Shown here: positions 1 to 7,422 of the stretch, piece after piece
How positions within the stretch are numbered: position 1 is the stretch's first letter
Layout of the letters: every line of letters starts with the position of its first letter
NCBI GenBank assembly: GCA_047609865.1
Contig: JBLFXO010000001.1
Location: 1 to 42,437 of the forward strand
From: Arenicella sp.
Lineage (GTDB): Bacteria > Bacteroidota > Bacteroidia > Flavobacteriales_D > Crocinitomicaceae
DNA: 42,437 bases
Direction of reading: 5' to 3'
The notes under the pieces: generated by a model
The model's input: only the letters and a program-made list of their open reading frames with translations
What the model was told of the DNA's origin: nothing
The model's database searches: none
Made by a program: the position numbers and the translations under genes

Positions 1-1
1 A

Positions 2-634
2 AAGGTTTTGAATGATGTCAATCTTTCTATTAAAAAAGGAAAGGTAACGGCAGTGGTAGGTGAAAATGGAGCTGGCAAGTCAACCTTATTTAAATGCTTG
101 GCTGGACTTGAAAAATATAATGGGATTATTGATTCTGAAATAGAGCTGAGCAGGAAAAACATTGCTTTTCTCCCAACACATCCAGAGTTTTTATCAAAAA
201 TTACGGCTAAAGAATATTTGCAATTTGTTTGCAATGCGAGAGGGAAGAAAGAATTAAATATAAATAGTAAAAATATTTTTGATTTACCCTTAAATCGCTA
301 CGCTTCCGAATTCTCTACGGGGATGAAAAAGAAACTAACCTTAACTTCTTTGTTATTGGTGGATAATGACTTCTTCATACTGGACGAACCTTTTAATGGA
401 CTAGACCTCCAGAGTAATATTTTATTCTTTGAAATATTGAACCGACTAAAGGAGAAGGAGAAAACAATCATTCTATCCTCTCACCTCTTCAACTCAATTT
501 ACGAAACGAGTGATTATCTCTACTATTTGAAAGATGGTAAAATAGAATCAGAAGGAGACAAAGAGCAATTCAATAAAATTGAATCTTCAATTAAATCAGC
601 TGTCATAGATAAGAAGTTGGATGGTCTAATCTAA
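2..634 (+). CDS. ABC transporter ATP-binding protein (probably 5'-truncated by the window edge)
   Basis: Walker A GENGAGKST, signature-like FSTGMKKK, Walker B FILDEP, H-loop SSH; frame is open back to position 2. Confidence 0.9.
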   Translation, partial: KVLNDVNLSIKKGKVTAVVGENGAGKSTLFKCLAGLEKYNGIIDSEIELSRKNIAFLPTHPEFLSKITAKEYLQFVCNARGKKELNINSKNIFDLPLNRYASEFSTGMKKKLTLTSLLLVDNDFFILDEPFNGLDLQSNILFFEILNRLKEKEKTIILSSHLFNSIYETSDYLYYLKDGKIESEGDKEQFNKIESSIKSAVIDKKLDGLI

Positions 635-706
635 GCACCCTGACGATAAATGTCAGGACACTGCGCGTCCAGCCCACCCAAATTCTTAAAGATGATCTTG
701 AGATCC
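632..706 (+). repeat. 75-bp direct repeat, copy 1 (duplicate of the glycosyltransferase 3' end plus hairpin)
   Basis: 68/75 identical to 4157-4231 by manual alignment. Confidence 0.95.
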
Positions 707-711
707 TCCCC

Positions 712-792
712 GCGGCGCAGTTTTGCAATGCTACGCGTCCCAATCAGAGCAAAACAATATAAATGTGACGAAGCAGTGCAAAACTTCGCAGC
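712..792. repeat. Imperfect inverted repeat (stem-loop element)
   Basis: gcggcgcagttttgcaatgct (712-732) vs agcagtgcaaaacttcgcagc (772-792): 18/21 complementary. Confidence 0.7.
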
Positions 793-834
793 ATCAAAAC
801 AAAAAAGTCTTATGTCTTCAATTTCAGGTCCCCC

Positions 835-1875
835 TTAAGAACCCAAATCATAGCTGATTTCTTCACCCAGCAATAGCTTTCTGTAAGACCCAATTCTAAC
901 TGGACCTTCGTTGTAAAGAGGCTTGCAAAAATTCACGACTTCATCAGAGGTCACAATTTTGAACTCTTCATGTCTAGAACTCATGGGATAAGCAGCAGGT
1001 AGCAAGGAAGGTTCTTTTGAAGAGGAGAGATGCATTAGCAATTCAGAAGAATAACTTTTTCTAAGATTCATTTTTTTTAGTTGTCCAAACATCCAAGTCA
1101 ACGCTCTAAAACTAGGTTGTCCAAACCAATGTCCTGATAAGTTTCTTGGATAAACAAGTCCGGCTTTTCCAATTTTTGTTCTGAAGCCAATTAATCTGCT
1201 AGCCTTAAGCGAGCTTGACATGATCAATAAAGTAGACCGCTCTAACTTTGGTATCAACTTCAAGGCTGCGAGTGCGATCGGCATCATTACCTTTCCATCT
1301 TGGAATTTTTTCAATTTTGGACGCTGTTTTTTAGTCACCCAGCGAACGGGACTTCTCATAGGAATACCATGGGTTTGAGCAATTTTTATGATGATCTTTA
1401 AATATACCTTACTAAAAACATGAATATTATAATGAGAGCTAATACAATCAATACGCTCACCTCCTATAATTGACTTTAACTTATTGTATTGAGCCCAAAG
1501 CTCTTGAACTACATCATGTGAATTGGTTTTATCATGATTGAAGTCTTCCATCTCATAAAAATGATACTTGCCATTTATAGGCTCCTTTTTGACTAGTGAA
1601 CAGCTTTTATTCAATAAAGACGGACCCGAATTCGTGTTTAAATGAAGACCAATTCCACATTTGTTACCTGCTTTGTTAATAGTTGTCGCCAATTTTCTAA
1701 TATCTTCTTCAGACGCTAGATTTGCTAACACATGAACACAGGTAACGGTTCCTAATTCAACAGCCTTGAGAATGCCCTCATTGACATTGGGAGAAAAGCC
1801 ATAATCGTCCGAACTTAGAATGAGTTTATGAGGATGTTTTTTTGCTTTTAATTTCTCTGTATTTTTCTTTGCCAT
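835..1875 (-). CDS. ChbG/YdjC/HpnK-family carbohydrate deacetylase
   Basis: N-terminal LILSSDDYG, GLHLN and ISSHYNIH motifs typical of the YdjC family. Confidence 0.85.
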   Translation of the reverse strand: MAKKNTEKLKAKKHPHKLILSSDDYGFSPNVNEGILKAVELGTVTCVHVLANLASEEDIRKLATTINKAGNKCGIGLHLNTNSGPSLLNKSCSLVKKEPINGKYHFYEMEDFNHDKTNSHDVVQELWAQYNKLKSIIGGERIDCISSHYNIHVFSKVYLKIIIKIAQTHGIPMRSPVRWVTKKQRPKLKKFQDGKVMMPIALAALKLIPKLERSTLLIMSSSLKASRLIGFRTKIGKAGLVYPRNLSGHWFGQPSFRALTWMFGQLKKMNLRKSYSSELLMHLSSSKEPSLLPAAYPMSSRHEEFKIVTSDEVVNFCKPLYNEGPVRIGSYRKLLLGEEISYDLGS

Positions 1876-2136
1876 GTCTTTGATAATGATTGAGGCGATA
1901 ATATAAGAAATCTAAGGATATGGGAATTTCTAAGCTTTTGAAGTAAAAAGCCAGTTATGAGTTGAAGTCGCACTAAAAATCACTGAACAATCCCATTCAA
2001 ACAAAACGAACCGCTGAAGGCCATTGTGTCAATCGGTTGATATGAAGAAGAAGTATTTCACTATGCTCAAGTTACGAGGATGTAGAAACTCAATGATTTA
2101 AACATACTCTCTGAACTAAACAACTTAGTATTTCTT

Positions 2137-2670
2137 TTACTGCAAGATCACGCCATTCAAACAGAAGGAGCCAATTAGAGCATAGCTATCTGTAGGATTA
2201 GGATTCGCGAATGTGGGAGAAGAATGAGCCGTGGCCGTAAAGGTGGCTTTAATGGGATAATAAATTCCTTCACCTTCATTTAAATCACTTTTAATTACAT
2301 CATAACTAATAGCAGAAACTTGCAAATTAAAGGTGTCAACATCCAAATCAAAATAGGCGTTTTCATAATCAGATTGTCCTTCAATAAAAGGCCCATCAAT
2401 TTGTGATTCAACATCTAAAGAGTTTCCATTCTGATCTTTAGCATCAAGTATGAAATCAGTCTGTAGCGGGCTATACCAATTATAAAGTATTGAAAAATGA
2501 GTTTCAGCATCTATGACCATTTGGTAATCATTACCTAAAATAGTGACATCAAAACTACCACTGTTCGCTGAACAAGATGTTGGTGGCTCAGGGGTGTTGG
2601 GGTCGTTATCATCTTTGTTGCAAGAGGCCAACGCACATAAAAAACCAATATTTATTAGTTAAATTTTCAT
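2137..2670 (-). pseudogene. Putative lipoprotein with an in-frame TAA in its signal peptide
   Basis: Reading from ATG 2670 gives MKI*LINIGFLCALASC-NKDD; stop at 2659-2661, lipobox LASC in frame with ORF 2137..2631. Confidence 0.7.
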
Positions 2671-3336
2671 TTAATAGTCAAATATATATACAGTCGTATC
2701 ATTTTTATTTACAGAGAAATTATCACTTCCTGATGTGACTCCATTTTCCCTTTCTACTCTCCATTCGAACGTAAAATTACCTTCTGGTACCTTTTCATGT
2801 AAATCACCGCTGTAAGAACCACAACCTGAATAGAAGGCTATTTCACTCCATTCACTTCCGTCTCCACTAGTATATCCTCTATACATGTAAAATTCAGGAT
2901 TTTCAGTGTAATAATATTTGAACCACATTTTGTCATTCGAATTAAAACAATTGATATTTTCAAATGGTACACTTACAAATCCGCATTCTAAGTATTCAAT
3001 GGTAAAATTGTTTGTACTCTCATGATCTAATGATTCCAATATAAGGCCGCCTACACAGATGTTATCGGGTTGACTCACGCCCAATACATACTTACGATTA
3101 GGATTCATTTTAAGATCAAAATTAGCATATCCATTATCATCTAATGTTCCCGAAGCTACAATTTTAGATTTTGCCTCCAATACGGGTGTCCAATTTTCTG
3201 AAACCGCCCAATCCATTCCTGCATAGGCTGTAGCTTCCCCTGTGATGTAATCTTGAGCTTGAATAGTGACGGTCGTTTTCTTTTTGCAGGAAGTTGCTAA
3301 TAAAAGGACAATTGATATGAAAAGTAATTGCTTCAT
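2671..3336 (-). CDS. Hypothetical lipoprotein (paralog of 3363..4002)
   Basis: Signal peptide II MKQLLFISIVLLLATSC-KKK; intact ORF of 221 aa. Confidence 0.85.
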   Translation of the reverse strand: MKQLLFISIVLLLATSCKKKTTVTIQAQDYITGEATAYAGMDWAVSENWTPVLEAKSKIVASGTLDDNGYANFDLKMNPNRKYVLGVSQPDNICVGGLILESLDHESTNNFTIEYLECGFVSVPFENINCFNSNDKMWFKYYYTENPEFYMYRGYTSGDGSEWSEIAFYSGCGSYSGDLHEKVPEGNFTFEWRVERENGVTSGSDNFSVNKNDTTVYIFDY

Positions 3337-3362
3337 TTATTCTAGACAGTTGATAAGCTTTT

Positions 3363-4002
3363 CTAATAATTTACATCATAGGTAAAATATTCACCTTTTC
3401 CCAATGAGATAGTGTCATAAATTGTTGTTTGAACACCATTTCGAACAATATCCCAACTATAATAATAGTCACCCATTGGAGTTGCCGTGAAATCGGGATT
3501 GATATAATTATAACATCCAATTCCTTCATGTGCTAACGCCCCAATCAATCCTTCCTTACCAGGAACTTCTCTTCCTTGATAGTAAAATTTGAAATGATCA
3601 TTTGAATCGAAACAATTAGTATTGTTAAAATTAATTTTGAGATAAGCACAATGTGCGTAGTCGAATAAAATTGTATTGTTATCCTCATGCTCAAGATAAT
3701 GATTTGTCAAACCACCATAGCAAATTTCAGAAGGTTCACTGACCCCTAAAATGTATCTTCTATTGTTTTTCATTTTGAGGTCAAAAGTGGCGAAGCCATT
3801 TTGGTCTAAAACGCCAGACGCAACAATTTCAGATTTCGACTCTAAAAAGGGGAGTCCAATTTTCGGTGAGAACCCAATCTCTGCCAGCATAGGAAGTTCC
3901 CTCTCCACTGATGTAATCTTGGGCCTGAATCGTTACAGTTGTTTTCTTTTTGCATGATGTTGCTAATAAAAGGACAATAAATATGAAAGAAAGCTTTTTC
4001 AT
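3363..4002 (-). pseudogene. Frameshifted lipoprotein, paralog of 2671..3336
   Basis: ATG 4002 gives MKKLSFIFIVLLLATSCKKKTTVTIQAQDYISGEGTSYAGRDWVLTENWTP, then stops at 3829-3831; homology continues in the +1 frame (LESKSEIVASG); extra base in CCCCTTTTT at 3844-3852. Confidence 0.85.
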
Positions 4003-4054
4003 TTACTTGACAAGTTAGGACTTTCCATATGAATCAACAAATTACTATGAAGTT

Positions 4055-4102
4055 GTTCTCGATACAATTCCTCTTTGCAATCGGAACCACTCGAACAAAC
4101 CT
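4055..4102 (+). repeat. REP-like element, family A copy 1
   Basis: gttctcgatacaa-[ttcc..ggaa hairpin]-ccactcgaacaaacct; matches 37806-37850 and the reverse complement of 37890-37937. Confidence 0.85.
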
Positions 4103-4156
4103 CTAGGAAATCAAAAAAGTCTTTTGTCTTATGTCTTCAATCTTAAGTCAAAAACT

Positions 4157-4231
4157 TAAGCACCCTGACGATAAATGTAAGGACACTACGCGTCCAACTT
4201 CCCAAAATTCTTAAAGATGATCTTGAGATCC
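4157..4231 (+). repeat. 75-bp direct repeat, copy 2 (overlaps the glycosyltransferase stop codon)
   Basis: 68/75 identical to 632-706. Confidence 0.95.
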
Positions 4232-6135
4232 ATTCTGAATGAATGGTTTTTAGCATAGATGAGATTCAGCCTTGAAATGGCGTCATCATCTAACTGATTG
4301 TGCGGCACTAGCATCAAAGAGGAGAGTATCCCTTTTTTGATTGACGGTAATTTCAGATTTGATGCGTGATGAATCTTGGCGTATCCTACGAAACTGATCT
4401 TACCTCTGAGTACCCCGAACATGTTTTTATAGAATCCACCCTTGCTTTTAAACATCCAAATTAGATTAGGTGATAGCAGAATGAATAGGAAAGACAATGA
4501 AAGATCAATGATGCGTTTGTTTCTTCTGTTGGCCGGTTTATTAATGCGATTGATATCCATCACATACAAATCGCCTTGAGAGTCAATTGAATTACTCCCT
4601 ATCAAGAAGGAAGTCTCTGGTTGAGCTATTTTGAAATCAACATTGCCATCACCCAAATCTTGCATCTTTGAGATAATCTGCGCAGCTGAAACATTCTTAG
4701 CGCAAAAGATAACCTCATCAATTCCATGAATATCTATCGCTTGATCTAACTGAGAGATGGTTCCTATTTGCTTTTCATTCTCTTTTGAATCTAGAGCCGA
4801 TAAGAATTGTACCGATTGAATTTTACTATTTGTTTGCTGTAAGATTTGATTCACTCTTTCAGACTCTTCCCAATCTCCAACTATGACAAAGCGTTTGTTC
4901 TTGGCTCCTCCTATTCGGTACCCCTCTCCTACCAAATGATGTAAAATGAATCTTGAAAACAAGAAGTAAAGCAATACCCAAGCACCGCCCAATAGAATGA
5001 TTAACCTGGAGAACTGATAATCCTTTGGCAATAAAGCATAGGTCATTAAAATAATGGCTGTTCCCATTAAGGCGCCCAATAAGTTCTTGAATAGTTTGAT
5101 TGGCTTGTCGTATCCTCCGAGAAACAATTGGCTTAAAAGCCACACAACTCCATAAATAGGCAATGCCCAGAATAATAATATCTCCGGAATCCAGATATCC
5201 TCAATTTGCTGATAGTTTTGAGCTATTAAGAACAATCCTAAAATCACTACTACCAAATCAATAAAAGGAACGATTGCTTTCTTAATGAAACGATTCGTCA
5301 ATGCCATTCCGGCCCTGAAGTAAATGGCTAGGTTGATTAAGAAGGAATACGTTTTTGCGTTCTTCTCAGAGAAATGCTTTTTAGCGAATATGATCATTGC
5401 ATTGTAAAACACAAATACATAGTTCACACTACTCTTCTTTGTACTCTCTCCTTTATAATGGATAATGCTAGTGCCCGGATAATAGTAATTCTTATATCCA
5501 CCAAGCACGATACGATAACTCAAATCAATATCCTCCCCATACATGAAGAAGTCTTCATCTAACAAGCCTACTTTATCCAAAGCATCTTTGCTCATCAACA
5601 TGAAAGCACCAGAGAGTATTTCAATCTCATGTGTTTCATTCATATCCAAGAAAGACAAATGATATCTTCCGAACTTCTTTGACTTGGGAAAAAGTCGTGA
5701 CAATCCGAAAATCTTATAAAAAGCATCTTTAGGAGTTGGCAATCCTCTTTTTGATTCAGGTAAAAAATTCCCTTTACCGTCAATCATCTTTACTCCTAAC
5801 CCACCAGCATCTGGATGCTCATCCATAAAGTCAACGACCTTTTTAAAAGTGTCTTCTTCAACGATAGTATCCGGATTTAATAAGAGGTGATATTTACCTT
5901 TGGCTATTCTTAAAGCTTGATTATTAGCTTTAGAAAATCCACTATTGTCTTTATTTGCGATCAAATGAACATCAGGAAACTTGGCTCTCACCATATCTAA
6001 TGAACCATCAATTGAGTTGTTGTCAACAACAAATATCTCACCGTCAACATGCTTCAATGCCGCATAGGCAGAGTTAAGGCATTGCTCTAGAAAGAACTCT
6101 ACATTATAATTAACTATGACAACAGAAAGCTGCAT
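4186..6135 (-). CDS. GT2-family glycosyltransferase with a membrane region and a C-terminal sugar-transferase-like domain
   Basis: SVVIVNYN, VVDNNSIDGS, GFSKANN, LLLNPD, LDEDFFMYGEDIDL; several TM segments; C-terminal KRIIDL...VLRGKISFVG...DLKII. Confidence 0.9.
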   Translation of the reverse strand: MQLSVVIVNYNVEFFLEQCLNSAYAALKHVDGEIFVVDNNSIDGSLDMVRAKFPDVHLIANKDNSGFSKANNQALRIAKGKYHLLLNPDTIVEEDTFKKVVDFMDEHPDAGGLGVKMIDGKGNFLPESKRGLPTPKDAFYKIFGLSRLFPKSKKFGRYHLSFLDMNETHEIEILSGAFMLMSKDALDKVGLLDEDFFMYGEDIDLSYRIVLGGYKNYYYPGTSIIHYKGESTKKSSVNYVFVFYNAMIIFAKKHFSEKNAKTYSFLINLAIYFRAGMALTNRFIKKAIVPFIDLVVVILGLFLIAQNYQQIEDIWIPEILLFWALPIYGVVWLLSQLFLGGYDKPIKLFKNLLGALMGTAIILMTYALLPKDYQFSRLIILLGGAWVLLYFLFSRFILHHLVGEGYRIGGAKNKRFVIVGDWEESERVNQILQQTNSKIQSVQFLSALDSKENEKQIGTISQLDQAIDIHGIDEVIFCAKNVSAAQIISKMQDLGDGNVDFKIAQPETSFLIGSNSIDSQGDLYVMDINRINKPANRRNKRIIDLSLSFLFILLSPNLIWMFKSKGGFYKNMFGVLRGKISFVGYAKIHHASNLKLPSIKKGILSSLMLVPHNQLDDDAISRLNLIYAKNHSFRMDLKIIFKNFGKLDA

Positions 6136-6139
6136 TTGC

Positions 6140-7420
6140 TTACTTTTCTAAATCGCTTTGATTAATCAGGGCTGTGTGTACACTTATTTTCCCCTTGTGT
6201 AAACGCGTCCATATGGGTCTTATTACTCCATTATGCACAGAAATGTTTGTATAATCACCAAAAAAGAATTTTGGGTTAGGTTCAAATGGTGTTTCGGAGA
6301 TTACGAAGTTCTCAAATGAATCACCGCCATCTTTAGATACAGCAAGGGTTACTTCAGTTGCTCTTCCTTTTGAGTTTTGTCTGTCATAGTAAACGCAATA
6401 AACATATCCTGTCACTTGATCTATTGTCATCCAAGTCAGGAATTGATGTCTCGCAGTTCGATCATTATTCACCATAATTGGTTCACTCCAATTCTCCCCT
6501 TTATCGGTTGATTTGAGAATCCAAATATCAGTATCATCTGTTCCGTTTCTTTGATCTGCCCAGTTCACGTAGATTGTTCCGTTATGTTCTTTTCCACTTA
6601 CATCACAGGCAGTAACGGGTAATCCATTGCATCTATAAATGCCAGGGATATCAATTACCCACCCTTGAGGTTGATCAATAATGTATTGTTCTTTCTTCTT
6701 CCAAGTCTCTCCTTCATCCATTGACTTATTGAAAAAGATACTGTCGTTTCGTGCCCATGCACAATAGATTTCACCCTCAGGTCCAACCGCCGGAACAGCA
6801 CCTTCAGCAGTTAAGTCATTGTCTTTACAATCTCCAGTTGAGCTTGAGATTACTTTTGGATTACTCCAGTTCAAACCACCATCAAATGTTTTAGAGAATA
6901 CTATTCTACTGTAATCTTCAGCCTTGTCGGAGTCATAAGCATCAAACTGCGTCCAAGTCATGTAAATGTGATTGTTTGTACGATTGATGGCTACCCATTC
7001 TTTATCGTGGTATTTATCATTATCCAAGGTATGCCCTTGATATTTGAACTTCCCTTTTAGTTTTTTAGAATACTGAGAAACCATTCCATATTTGAGTACT
7101 TCACCATCTTTACTTGAAAGATGGAAATAGTAATATCTCTCTAAGGTGTCAATCAACATGCAAGGATCTCCGTTTACTCCGAACTTAGATTTAATAGAGC
7201 GAGACTTCCAAGTCACTCCTCCATCTTTTGACCAGTAGTAATCGTTCATCACCGTTCCGGCAATGACTTCATTCGTGTTTTTTGGATTGATATAAATAGA
7301 TGGCTCAACTTGTGAGTAATCATAATCTGCCTTTCTAGGAAGCGGAAGACTTACATTCTTATATTGCGTAAAAGCTGTGCCGGCCATCATTGCCAACAGC
7401 ACTAAAAGTAAATTTCTCAT
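6140..7420 (-). CDS. Secreted BNR/Asp-box beta-propeller protein (sialidase-like)
   Basis: Signal peptide; Asp-boxes SKDGGVTW, TFDGGLNW, SMDEGETW, STDKGENW, SKDGGDSF. Confidence 0.8.
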   Translation of the reverse strand: MRNLLLVLLAMMAGTAFTQYKNVSLPLPRKADYDYSQVEPSIYINPKNTNEVIAGTVMNDYYWSKDGGVTWKSRSIKSKFGVNGDPCMLIDTLERYYYFHLSSKDGEVLKYGMVSQYSKKLKGKFKYQGHTLDNDKYHDKEWVAINRTNNHIYMTWTQFDAYDSDKAEDYSRIVFSKTFDGGLNWSNPKVISSSTGDCKDNDLTAEGAVPAVGPEGEIYCAWARNDSIFFNKSMDEGETWKKKEQYIIDQPQGWVIDIPGIYRCNGLPVTACDVSGKEHNGTIYVNWADQRNGTDDTDIWILKSTDKGENWSEPIMVNNDRTARHQFLTWMTIDQVTGYVYCVYYDRQNSKGRATEVTLAVSKDGGDSFENFVISETPFEPNPKFFFGDYTNISVHNGVIRPIWTRLHKGKISVHTALINQSDLEK

Positions 7421-7422
7421 AA

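Noticed and set aside
650-838. 62-aa ORF on + strand
   Set aside because: Lies on the repeat mosaic and reads antisense to the duplicated GT2 3' end; probably spurious
1876-2136. 261-bp intergenic gap as ncRNA or gene remnant
   Set aside because: No convincing structure or recognisable peptide by eye
2671-4002. Possible diversity-generating retroelement TR/VR pair
   Set aside because: Differences are not adenine-specific, similarity is at the N-terminus, and no reverse transcriptase is in the window
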